This document shows, one piece after another, positions 1 through 8,635 of a stretch of 64,000 bases of DNA. The stretch's first letter is position 1. The number at the start of each line of letters is the position of its first letter. The notes beneath the pieces are model-generated. The model was not told the DNA's origin, ran no database searches, and saw nothing but the letters and a program-made list of their open reading frames with translations. The stretch is from Nitrospirota bacterium (GTDB taxonomy: Bacteria; Nitrospirota; UBA9217). Where the stretch lies: contig CAWBNQ010000003.1 of NCBI GenBank assembly GCA_963790205.1, positions 928,001 to 992,000 on the forward strand. Reading direction: 5' to 3'. The position numbers and the translations under genes were made by a program.

Positions 1-1040
1 CCGATCTCGAGCAGGATATGAGGGACCTGGTCGGTCGTTGCCTGGATCACGGAATGTTCGTTGCTCTCGATGAGCGTCTGGCTCGGCAACAGCCTGCGGA
101 TCTCTTCCGCCATGACGTCCGGGTTCTGCGGCGGCATGATCGAACCGTACGTTTCGTGTTTTGCCTTTCGAATAAAAGCCGCGATGCTGGGTACCTCTGT
201 TTTGTCGCGATGCTCCAGAATATAGGTGCGCAGCCGCAGGTACGCAGTCATGTCGTCATCCCGATCGAAGGCCTGCAGCTTCGTGATGGGTACAAGGTCG
301 CCGACGCGCACCTGGATGATCTTGCGGCTCTTGTTGAACAGTTCGTTCGGCAGCATGGCCGTCCGAAGAACAGGATGCACCATGCCCGCCATATGAAAGG
401 CCGCACTGTTCGTCCCCTGGAAGAACACCGGGAGCACCGGCGCCCCGGTCTTCCGGATAATGCGCGCAATGCTCGGGCTCCAGGCGGGATCGGTGATCGT
501 GCCTTTCCGGGCATCGAAGTGAGAGACCGCGCCGGCGGGGAATACCACGAGCATGCCGCCGTCCTTCACCCACTGAATGGATTCTCTGACCGGCCTGATA
601 TTGTCGCGGACCGAGGTTTTCCCCTGGAAGGGGTTCACGGTGATCAGCAAGTCCCGTATTTCGGGTATCGCGTTCAGCAAATAATTGGCCATGAACTTTA
701 CATCGCAGCGCATCGAGCGGAGGACCGATGCGAGGATGACGGTTTCGATGCCCCCGAAGGGATGGTTTGCCACAACGATCACGGGACCCCTGGGAATCAT
801 GATACGGGAAAGGTCCGTTTCCGGCACATCGTATGAAACGCCCAGTTGTTCCAGGACCTTGTCCGGGAAGGGCCGGTTGTCATGCAGCCGGCTGACGTCA
901 TCGTAGAGGCGGTTCATCCGGGGAAAGTCGAGGACATGCTCGAGCGGTCCCTTGAACAGGGAGAACAGTTTGTTTTGCAGCGGGTCTTTAAAGGTCATGT
1001 TCAGGTTGAATATCCGGTTCGACTGAGCCTGGTTCATCAT
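1..1040 (-). CDS. Lysophospholipid acyltransferase fused to a probable C-terminal GNAT domain (OlsF-like ornithine lipid synthase); 3' end runs off the window
   Basis: Not in ORF track. Manual translation MMNQAQSNRIF... stays open to the edge, with acyltransferase motifs VANHPFGGIE and VFPAG and ending ...ILLEIG (start of GNAT part in such fusions). RBS AAGGAGG. Confidence 0.8.
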   Translation of the reverse strand, partial: MMNQAQSNRIFNLNMTFKDPLQNKLFSLFKGPLEHVLDFPRMNRLYDDVSRLHDNRPFPDKVLEQLGVSYDVPETDLSRIMIPRGPVIVVANHPFGGIETVILASVLRSMRCDVKFMANYLLNAIPEIRDLLITVNPFQGKTSVRDNIRPVRESIQWVKDGGMLVVFPAGAVSHFDARKGTITDPAWSPSIARIIRKTGAPVLPVFFQGTNSAAFHMAGMVHPVLRTAMLPNELFNKSRKIIQVRVGDLVPITKLQAFDRDDDMTAYLRLRTYILEHRDKTEVPSIAAFIRKAKHETYGSIMPPQNPDVMAEEIRRLLPSQTLIESNEHSVIQATTDQVPHILLEI

Positions 1041-1049
1041 GCCTCCTTG

Positions 1050-1110
1050 TATTCTGAACTTTGCACTCTGAACTCTGAACTACAAACTTTGAACTCCGAA
1101 CTCTGAACCG
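1050..1110. repeat. Degenerate heptamer tandem repeat (CTCTGAA-like)
   Basis: ttctgaa ctttgca ctctgaa ctctgaa ctacaaa ctttgaa ctccgaa ctctgaa. Confidence 0.9.
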
Positions 1111-2349
1111 TTACGCAACGCGGGCGCGAATGCTGTCCGTGATGCGATAGCCCCAGGACCATACGCCGGTGTCCGGGCAGGGCGACAGCCGGGAATCCCT
1201 TCCTATCACATACCGGTTCCCCCGCCAGACCACCGTTGAACTCAAAAGCGGCACGAACCACAGCATTCCGATGATAATGTCCTTGACCGGAACAAGGAAA
1301 TAAACGAGGGGCGATTGTTTGTGAAGATATGTGCGCGCTGCCGAGGCTTCGATCGCTCTTCCGAGCAGGGAATCGCCAAGGACCTTTATGAGTCCTGTGA
1401 GGGCCGCAAAGGAGAGCGTTTCGCGCGACGGGCCCTTGAGCAGGACCGGCAAGGTTGCCATGAATACCGGATTGGCAAGCAGTTCGGACAGATATTTCGC
1501 TCCGCCGATCTTCCACCGGAGCTTGCCCCATCGCGTGTGGCGGTTCAAAAATCGCCTGATGCCCCAGTACTCATTGACATTGCTGACCAGGTAGCTTGAA
1601 AGAACGACTTTTTTCCCGCTCCGCTGCATCTCCCTGCCGATGATGAAATCCTCGGCCAGGATGTCCTTGAAGGCGGCCAGCCCTCCCAGCTTCTCCAGGT
1701 CTTCTTTTTTCATGAGCATAGACTTCCCGATGACGCAGGGCATGCCCAGGAAGCGGTCGAGAAAGCTGACGCTCCCGAGGATGAAGGAATTTAAGTGAAG
1801 ATTTTCGAGGGTGGCGCCGATGCTGCGGCCGCCTGCGCCGCGGATCACATTGCTGACGAGGCCGATTGCCGGGTCGTGCGCATGGCGCGTGATCTCGCTC
1901 AGATAGTTTTCATCGACCATGACGTTGCTGTCGCTGATCAGAACAAAGGGATGGCGGGCCTTCCGGTATGCGGGTATGAGGTTGTTCACCTTGGGGTTGA
2001 GCCCGACCGCGCACCGCTCCACAACGATGGTAATGTTTTTGTCGGGAAACCTGTCCTGTACCTTTTTAGCCACTTTGTACGCGGGGTCGTTATGGTCCTG
2101 GAGGGAGAACAGGATCTCATATTCAGGATAATTCTGGGTGCAGAAGCTCGCGAGGTTGTCGAAAAGGTTGTCGTCAAGGCCCCGTAACGGCTTGAGGATC
2201 GAGACGGGCGGAAGTGCGGGTCCCCGGGCCGGAATAAAATCGGGGGATTTCCGTTTTTTCGCGATGAGCGACCAGGCTGCTCCCGCCTGGAGCAGGTAGA
2301 GCACGGTCCCCACGATCGAGATCGCCGCGCATATGCCGAAGAGTGTCAT
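1111..2349 (-). CDS. Ceramide-glucosyltransferase-like GT21/HpnI-family glycosyltransferase
   Basis: N-terminal TM, ILKPLRG, NPKVNNL, ISDSN, LAEDF, RHTRW, C-terminal TMs and VVWRG. Confidence 0.85.
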   Translation of the reverse strand: MTLFGICAAISIVGTVLYLLQAGAAWSLIAKKRKSPDFIPARGPALPPVSILKPLRGLDDNLFDNLASFCTQNYPEYEILFSLQDHNDPAYKVAKKVQDRFPDKNITIVVERCAVGLNPKVNNLIPAYRKARHPFVLISDSNVMVDENYLSEITRHAHDPAIGLVSNVIRGAGGRSIGATLENLHLNSFILGSVSFLDRFLGMPCVIGKSMLMKKEDLEKLGGLAAFKDILAEDFIIGREMQRSGKKVVLSSYLVSNVNEYWGIRRFLNRHTRWGKLRWKIGGAKYLSELLANPVFMATLPVLLKGPSRETLSFAALTGLIKVLGDSLLGRAIEASAARTYLHKQSPLVYFLVPVKDIIIGMLWFVPLLSSTVVWRGNRYVIGRDSRLSPCPDTGVWSWGYRITDSIRARVA

Positions 2350-2399
2350 GTGATCCCTCCTTTTTGGTGATGCCTGTTTGTCGAAGTATTCGTCATGCT

Positions 2400-3092
2400 C
2401 TAATTCCTGAAGAGTGTGATGGCGACGCCCTTATTGTGTCTGATGCACTGCTTCACCGAGTCGACGTTCTTTTCGCAGTTGAGCAGCGTTTTCCATGAGT
2501 AGAGATGCCGGGCCTGGTGAAAATCGCTGTTTGCGATGTAGGGATATTTTTTCAGGCTGATCACGTTGAATACATCGTCCCGGTTCGCTATTTCCCAGGC
2601 GTCGATGTATTTCGCGTATTTGTCCCGGTTGTTCCAGAGAAAGAGCGTGTCCTTATTCACGAGGTCGGGCGTGTGATGGGGATGGCAGGCAACGGTCAGG
2701 GCATTTTGATTCTTTGCCTCGAGAAAAATTTCTTCGTAGTCCATGCAGGCGGGAATGAATTCTTTGATGTCGAGAAGAAGGATATGGGCTGATTTATTCT
2801 TGGAGAGATAGTTTTTGCTGATTTCCACGCCCGGGATCACGAGCATCTCATATTTTTCCCAGGCCCGTTTTGCTTCCTCTTTGATGGAGTTGAAATATTC
2901 GTCAAAATTATCCCCCCGGACCGACAGATTGAACTGCCTGGCGAATTTGCCGATCGAGTTGTCGCCGCTCACGACATGGTCCGTAACGGCGATGACATCG
3001 AATCCGGCCTGGCCGAAAAGATCGACGGTGTCCCTCATCTCAAGCGAGCCGTCCGAGAAATTTGTGTGGATATGAAAGTCACACAGCATCAT
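2400..3092 (-). CDS. PHP-domain phosphoesterase
   Basis: DFHIHT..SDG, TDH, GVE, HPH, NSDFH metal ligands. Confidence 0.85.
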   Translation of the reverse strand: MMLCDFHIHTNFSDGSLEMRDTVDLFGQAGFDVIAVTDHVVSGDNSIGKFARQFNLSVRGDNFDEYFNSIKEEAKRAWEKYEMLVIPGVEISKNYLSKNKSAHILLLDIKEFIPACMDYEEIFLEAKNQNALTVACHPHHTPDLVNKDTLFLWNNRDKYAKYIDAWEIANRDDVFNVISLKKYPYIANSDFHQARHLYSWKTLLNCEKNVDSVKQCIRHNKGVAITLFRN

Positions 3093-3115
3093 TGACGGGA
3101 ATCATACGTTTTTTC

Positions 3116-3159
3116 TATTACGGGAGTATTACGGGAATATTAAGTTTCTGTTACGGAAA
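3116..3159 (-). promoter_or_regulatory. Pho-box-like 4x11-bp direct repeat; -10 TATGAT at 3101-3106
   Basis: + strand tattacgggag tattacgggaa tattaagtttc tgttacggaaa, 9 nt from the -10. Confidence 0.85.
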
Positions 3160-3183
3160 AGCCGTGGTCCGGAGCGGTTCTGG

Positions 3184-3216
3184 AAAGAAAGGGTGGGGCA
3201 GTTTCCTGCCCCACCC
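3184..3216 (-). terminator. Intrinsic terminator after the porin gene
   Basis: gggtggggcag-tttc-ctgccccaccc hairpin with U-rich tail on - strand. Confidence 0.8.
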
Positions 3217-3308
3217 GGAGGGGGGGATATACCACCGATGAAGATGGTAACCTGGTTTTAGAAGCCCTGGGCCAGGCTCAGGGCAACGTAAAAAGCATCA
3301 TGCTGCAC

Positions 3309-4703
3309 TTAGAACTTGAAGGTCAGGACGCCCTGGGCGCCCATGACCTTATCGGCGCTCGTATTCACGCCGGCAACAGCCGTGGGGGAGTCATAGGCCT
3401 CGCCGGGCTTGAAGTAGCCGAGGGTCCAGTTCCAGGAGAGGTTGTCATACATCTGCCAATTGACCTTCACGTCCACCTCGGCCCCGAGCTTTCTCGATGT
3501 GGCAGGCGTTGCGCCGTCCGACAATACCGCTTTGTTGAGCGCTACCGCCTGGACCGCCTGGAGATACCACAGGTCAACGCCGACGTTCAGGCCCTTGGCT
3601 GCGGCCACCATCGCGCCGACGTTGAGCGCCGTGGTGTTGGCAAAGCCCGTGTGCGTTTTTCCGGCGGCCGTGCTGACCTTGTACTCATACAGAAAAGAGT
3701 AGTGGGGATCGGCATCCATGAAGTTTACGAATTGACTATAATCATTCTGGTTCAGTTTTGCCCCGGTGCCGCGTCCAGCGGTGAAGTTGATGGTGGCGGG
3801 GTCCATCGCCACTTTACCCTCGATCACGACCTGGTTGCCCTTGAACTTTGCGTCGCCGCTCGGTCCGCCGAGCGATGGATTCGTCACCAGGTTCGCATCC
3901 TTCGCTTTGCCGGCCTGGAGGTCGGCTTCGGCCTTGAGGCCGAGAGGGCCGAACTTGCCGTTCAAGTTCAGTCCGAGGTTGTATATCTGCGTTTCGGGAG
4001 TTGCGGTTGACGGGATGGGGTTCTTGGCGAGCCCTATCGCGTTCTTACGGTCTTTCACCAACGAAAGGTCCGCGCCGACCGTCACGGCATCATTCAGCTT
4101 CAGCACATCGAGGAGCGCATAGGCATCGACGTCGTCTGCCTTACCGGGGTCTCCTTCGCCGACCTTAATGTCCGCAAATGCCGCAGTGTTGCCGCCGGTC
4201 ACATTCGCGACCACCCAGGCATCATCGCCGTACTTCATGTTGCGCAGGAACCAGCCGTTGCCGAGCTGCAGGAGCTGATGGCCGGCGTTCACATTGATCG
4301 GGAGGCCGGGAAGATTGAAGTTGATCCACGCCTCGCGGACGTCGAGCGATACCGGTTTTGCCGATCCCGTGCCGTTATTCCCGCCCCAGTCTTTTGTCGT
4401 TGTCTGGCCGTTGCCCTGCGGCGCCTCGAGCCTGCCCCAGTCGTCCCAGTCGTTCTCGATGGAGATCCTTCCCTTTACATCGTTTCCGGCCTTTGCGTCC
4501 ACCGTGAGCCGGACCCTCTCCTGGGTGTCTCTTGTCGTGCCGTTGTCGCCGGTAAAATCACTGGGATCGGCCTTCGTGTTCATGAAGTCCCTGCTCCGGA
4601 TGTCCAGGCTGCCGCTTACGGTCACGTCCGCGGCAAAGGCCGCGGCGCTGAAACACGTCAGGGCCGCAACTGAGAGTACCACAACTAACTTCTTCATCAT
4701 CAT
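3309..4703 (-). CDS. Outer-membrane beta-barrel porin
   Basis: Signal peptide (AAAFA/AD), amphipathic beta strands, REAW motif, C-terminal ...GVLTFKF. Confidence 0.8.
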   Translation of the reverse strand: MMMKKLVVVLSVAALTCFSAAAFAADVTVSGSLDIRSRDFMNTKADPSDFTGDNGTTRDTQERVRLTVDAKAGNDVKGRISIENDWDDWGRLEAPQGNGQTTTKDWGGNNGTGSAKPVSLDVREAWINFNLPGLPINVNAGHQLLQLGNGWFLRNMKYGDDAWVVANVTGGNTAAFADIKVGEGDPGKADDVDAYALLDVLKLNDAVTVGADLSLVKDRKNAIGLAKNPIPSTATPETQIYNLGLNLNGKFGPLGLKAEADLQAGKAKDANLVTNPSLGGPSGDAKFKGNQVVIEGKVAMDPATINFTAGRGTGAKLNQNDYSQFVNFMDADPHYSFLYEYKVSTAAGKTHTGFANTTALNVGAMVAAAKGLNVGVDLWYLQAVQAVALNKAVLSDGATPATSRKLGAEVDVKVNWQMYDNLSWNWTLGYFKPGEAYDSPTAVAGVNTSADKVMGAQGVLTFKF

Positions 4704-4825
4704 GTATCCTCCTTTAAGTAGTTTTGTCCGGGGTTTCCCCGAAACATTTTGACATCATTGTTGGATGGTTATGATCCTTGTCTGACTGCTTTTCTAGGAT
4801 AATGCGCGACAGCATAGGCGCTGAC

Positions 4826-4869
4826 TGTTACAGAAATATTACGAAAGTATTAAGTTTCTGTTACATAAT
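4826..4869 (-). promoter_or_regulatory. Pho-box-like 4x11-bp repeat; -10 TATGCT at 4811-4816
   Basis: tgttacagaaa tattacgaaag tattaagtttc tgttacataat. Confidence 0.85.
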
Positions 4870-4943
4870 TGGAGCGGTCTTGAATGAGGCTTATTTCGAG
4901 AGAGTTGAAATCGGCGCGATGGATTTCAAACAGATGCTCTTAT

Positions 4944-5042
4944 TCATACCCCCTGAATGATAAGAACAAGGAAGAGTATTCCGATGAGCAGCCCGGCGAT
5001 ATACAGGAAATATTCAATTGCTTTCAGGGTTATCTTTTTCAT
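4944..5042 (-). CDS. 32-aa single-pass membrane protein
   Basis: MKKITLKAIEYFLYIAGLLIGILFLVLIIQGV*, RBS AAGGAG; below ORF-track cutoff. Confidence 0.55.
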   Translation of the reverse strand: MKKITLKAIEYFLYIAGLLIGILFLVLIIQGV

Positions 5043-5109
5043 GCGAGAGTAGCTCCTTATCATGAATCAGTCAGCGCTCCTTTGCCGAAGCCGTCGGCAT
5101 CCGGACTCC

Positions 5110-6501
5110 TCATATCGGCAACAGTTTCAGATTAAATCCCCGCTCGATAAGCCAGGTAAAACCCAGCATGAAAATAACCAACGACACTCCGAAGGTCACT
5201 TTTCTGAATTCGATCTTATTTTTCAAAAGGTGCAAGACAGGCAGCATGATCAGGAATATTATTACTTGTCCGAGCTCCACGCCCAGGTTGAAGGAAACTA
5301 CCGATACGAGGAGGTTTGCTTTTCCGGCAATCAACTCCTGGAGAACGCTCGCGAAGCCGAAGCCGTGGACCAGCCCGAAGACAAAAGTCACGAGCCAGCG
5401 ATAATTCACTTTTTTCTTGAACAGGTTTTCAAGTGCGACGAAACAAATGGAAAAAGCTATTACCGATTCCACCACCCTGGAGTTCAAACTGACGACCTGC
5501 ATTGCCGCCAGGAGCAGGGTAATGCTATGCGCTATGGTAAACGCGGTTATTATCTTCAGAACTTCCTTGATAGACAGGCCGATCACAATGAGCGCCAGCA
5601 GAAATGTTATATGATCATATCCTGTCAGAATATGCTCGATGCCGAGCACTATGAATTCTCTTATATTTGCCCATAGAGACCTTTTTGCAGGGTTAAGTGA
5701 TAGAGAACCGTTCTCATTACCTTCGGGAGGGGGTTTGCTCGCAGAATCTGCCGATGGGGTGAACATCTCAGTAGGCAAGTTTTTCATGCCGCCGTTCAGC
5801 GCTTTTGTTTTTTTATTCAGCGGAACTCTTGCAGTATTTTTTCGTACTGCGGTATCCTTAATGCTGTCTGAACTGCCGCTTACAACGGTATTTCCGGTTT
5901 TGTGCCCTTCAGCAGGCACAGATGCAGGACCGTTAACGGAGAATTCCCATACCGGCGCGTTATGATCAAAAGTGGTCTGCATCGCAGGCGGGGAAAAATC
6001 AAAAACTTTTTGCAGGGCGTCTCCGGTAGCATCGGACAAATATCCATAGGCGAGGTTCACGTGCGCATTGTTCGTCTCTTCAAACAATAAGGTGTAATCG
6101 ATCTTGACCGGGTTTACAGGGTCATTAAAGCTGATATCATCTGCTGACAGCCATATGGTATATATGTTGCCGTTTCTGACTACCTTGTTTACCTTTACAG
6201 GATACGTTTTGCCATCGACTGTTATGGAAAGTTTTTTGTCTATATAAGGCTGCAGGATATCGGCTCCAATGTGCTGCAGTTGCTCATCGGAAAGTGCATC
6301 AGGGTCATAATGTCCTTCCTTTATTCCTTTTATTTCGGCCAATAAGGACGGGCCAAGATCTATGTTGCCGATAATAGTGTTTTTGCCAAAACACCACCTG
6401 GAGCCGCCCATGGGCAGGTTGTGAGCAGAAACAGGAACAGTGATTAAAAGGAATAAACCTGTTATGACGAATAAAAATAATTTTCTGAATGGCATAAACA
6501 C
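5110..6501 (-). CDS. HupE/UreJ-family membrane protein with N-terminal periplasmic domain
   Basis: Signal ..VSA/H, GIEHILTGYDH, AFTIAHSITL, FGLVHGFGFA, FNLGVELGQ. Confidence 0.85.
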   Translation of the reverse strand: MFMPFRKLFLFVITGLFLLITVPVSAHNLPMGGSRWCFGKNTIIGNIDLGPSLLAEIKGIKEGHYDPDALSDEQLQHIGADILQPYIDKKLSITVDGKTYPVKVNKVVRNGNIYTIWLSADDISFNDPVNPVKIDYTLLFEETNNAHVNLAYGYLSDATGDALQKVFDFSPPAMQTTFDHNAPVWEFSVNGPASVPAEGHKTGNTVVSGSSDSIKDTAVRKNTARVPLNKKTKALNGGMKNLPTEMFTPSADSASKPPPEGNENGSLSLNPAKRSLWANIREFIVLGIEHILTGYDHITFLLALIVIGLSIKEVLKIITAFTIAHSITLLLAAMQVVSLNSRVVESVIAFSICFVALENLFKKKVNYRWLVTFVFGLVHGFGFASVLQELIAGKANLLVSVVSFNLGVELGQVIIFLIMLPVLHLLKNKIEFRKVTFGVSLVIFMLGFTWLIERGFNLKLLPI

Positions 6502-6523
6502 AAAAAGGCCTCCTTTTCAGCTC

Positions 6524-7141
6524 CTAAGAGTCGATTCCCGAATTCAGGACACGGCCTTCCTCGGATGATAACGAAACGTGCTTCTCTTTGGCCCGCAGGA
6601 ACACGATCAGGCTGGATACGGCCAGTAAAAAGCTTAACATACTCATAGGCGGCAAGCCTCCATTCCACTTCTGGACATTCAGCGTATCCTTGTAGCCCAT
6701 CGCAAAAAGATGGCCGGCGACGAAGGTACACGCCAGGACCGTCAGCGTCCGTCGAACGGCCGGCTTTATTCCGGTCGCGTGCAGGCGCCAGAAACAATAG
6801 ACAGCCAGCACTCCCATAAGCAGCACCAGTTCTCCGGTCAGGCTCATCTTATCGCCGTCAAAGAAATTGGCGTAATAACCCTGCGAGAGGATCCCGAGCG
6901 ACAGAAAGATGTGGACGAACACCAGCTGCGAACACGCGTTGGTCCAGAAACGGACCTTGTCCTGCTCCGCGTGCATGAAGCCGAGGGACGCCATAAGCAG
7001 CGACTCTACCGCTGTCATGCATATCGCTTTGTTCATTATATAGACCGGCAGGTGAATGAGAGCAACATGGCCGAACCCGGCATACCGAATGACCGCGTAC
7101 ACAAGCGTAAACAGAAATGCTGTCAGAAATTGTTTGACCAT
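6524..7141 (-). CDS. Ferric-reductase-like (STEAP/MsrQ-type) transmembrane protein
   Basis: About 6 TMs; LPVYIMNKA, TM His in FVHIFLS and AGHLFAMG, C-terminal LPP. Confidence 0.6.
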   Translation of the reverse strand: MVKQFLTAFLFTLVYAVIRYAGFGHVALIHLPVYIMNKAICMTAVESLLMASLGFMHAEQDKVRFWTNACSQLVFVHIFLSLGILSQGYYANFFDGDKMSLTGELVLLMGVLAVYCFWRLHATGIKPAVRRTLTVLACTFVAGHLFAMGYKDTLNVQKWNGGLPPMSMLSFLLAVSSLIVFLRAKEKHVSLSSEEGRVLNSGIDS

Positions 7142-7144
7142 TCT

Positions 7145-8332
7145 TCAGTCCTCCTTGGTTTGTCGTTTTTCTAAGATCTCCGGTGACGCCGCCGCGTCCA
7201 CGAACGGGCACTCCGGATCGGAAGCGTAGAAGTCGCCGTCGACGAACCCGGCCACGGCGCGGCAGCCTCCCTTGCAGATCTCGAGATAATCGCACGACCG
7301 GCAGGGCTCCGGGGCCCGGTCGGTCCAACTGCGCAAGCGAGAGAGATGTTCCGAACCGCTCCACAGCCGGGGCAGTTTGAAAATGCTCTCCTCACCGGAT
7401 AAGAAGGAACAGCCCGCAAACCTGCCGTCCGAGCGGACCCCCAGCAGGACGTTGCCGGCCTCGCAGCCGTAGGCTGAGAACTGTTCCATCATATTTTTGT
7501 CCGGCCTGTGCCAGCAGAACATCGGGACAAAGGAGCAGTCGATCTTGGCCGGGACTCCGTATTCCATGGAGAGGCGCCTGATCGTCGGATAGAATTCCCG
7601 GTTCTGCAGCGGCGTTAATCGCCTTTCGAAATAGTCCAGCATTCCCCGTCCCGAGGGCTTCAGCCTCAGGAACTCCACATCGGCAAGTCTCCGCTCCCCG
7701 GCAAAGACAAACACCCCGGGCAAATGATCGAAGCTCTGACGGGTCACGACACAGTTCAGACCGACGTTGACGCCCGCCTTCAGAAGCATATCCATACCCC
7801 GTATTGCCGCTGCGAGAGCAGCGGAACTCCGCCCGGCTACCTCGAAACCCGCAGTGCCATCGATGCTGACGTTGACCTGGCCGAAAATTCGGCACTTTGC
7901 AGCGGTCTCTCTGGTCATCAGGAGCCCGTTGGTGGTCAGGTTCGGAACGATGCCGCGGGCGCGCACATAAGCGGCCAACTCAAAAAAGTCGGGGCGCTCC
8001 AGCGCCTCTCCGCCTCCCAGTGCCATATGGAACACACCCATCCCGGCCAGGAGGTCGACGGCCTTGCGAAACTCTTCAGACGACAGCTCTCGCGCATCTC
8101 TTTCCCCTGAATCCATATAGCAGTGCCCGCACCGGAGGGAACAGGCATTGGTCACCGAAAAATGGACTTCCAGCGGAGCGGAGAGAAGAGCTGTTTCCGG
8201 CATTTCCCACAACGGGCTGTGCTCATGGACCAGGCGGCGCATAAAGTCCCGGTCCACGTGCACCAGCATCGGAGGATTTTCCAGGGCCAGGATCCCTCCA
8301 AACGATTCAAACCGATACTTCATAACGCTCAT
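7145..8332 (-). CDS. Radical SAM/SPASM-domain protein (MftC/PqqE-like)
   Basis: CSLRCGHC, GGGE, TTNG, SIDG; SPASM CEAG..GC..CRSC....CKGGC..CP. Confidence 0.92.
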   Translation of the reverse strand: MSVMKYRFESFGGILALENPPMLVHVDRDFMRRLVHEHSPLWEMPETALLSAPLEVHFSVTNACSLRCGHCYMDSGERDARELSSEEFRKAVDLLAGMGVFHMALGGGEALERPDFFELAAYVRARGIVPNLTTNGLLMTRETAAKCRIFGQVNVSIDGTAGFEVAGRSSAALAAAIRGMDMLLKAGVNVGLNCVVTRQSFDHLPGVFVFAGERRLADVEFLRLKPSGRGMLDYFERRLTPLQNREFYPTIRRLSMEYGVPAKIDCSFVPMFCWHRPDKNMMEQFSAYGCEAGNVLLGVRSDGRFAGCSFLSGEESIFKLPRLWSGSEHLSRLRSWTDRAPEPCRSCDYLEICKGGCRAVAGFVDGDFYASDPECPFVDAAASPEILEKRQTKED

Positions 8333-8544
8333 CCCTTCTCTTCCCCCTGACTGAGTACGGGCATTTCTTTTAATTCTTCCGGTCGCCCGTGCTCATGGAC
8401 CTTTGCCGCGCTAAGGACCGCAGCAAGAGTGTTGAAAAGGACCGTCATGGCCGCTCCAGCGGTGAAGAAGGCTATTACATCTACGCCGATACTGCTTGAG
8501 TTCGGGTTGTAGCCGGTCTTGATCTTCAGAATTCGTCCTTTCAT
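8329..8544 (-). CDS. 71-aa peptide with GYNPNSSS motif and TM helix; candidate radical SAM substrate
   Basis: Purine-rich RBS; stop overlaps the rSAM ATG by 4 nt; basic N-terminus, hydrophobic centre. Confidence 0.75.
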   Translation of the reverse strand: MKGRILKIKTGYNPNSSSIGVDVIAFFTAGAAMTVLFNTLAAVLSAAKVHEHGRPEELKEMPVLSQGEEKG

Positions 8545-8635
8545 TTCCCTGCCTTCCTGCTTGGTTTTCTCTTTGTCACGACAGCTTTGCAGATCCTTTC
8601 CTTGTTCTCTCCTGGATAAAGTGTCCGCTGGTCCA

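Noticed and set aside
18..836. 272-aa + strand ORF and the many other long antisense ORFs in the track
   Set aside because: Shadows of real genes on the opposite strand in GC-rich DNA; no motifs.
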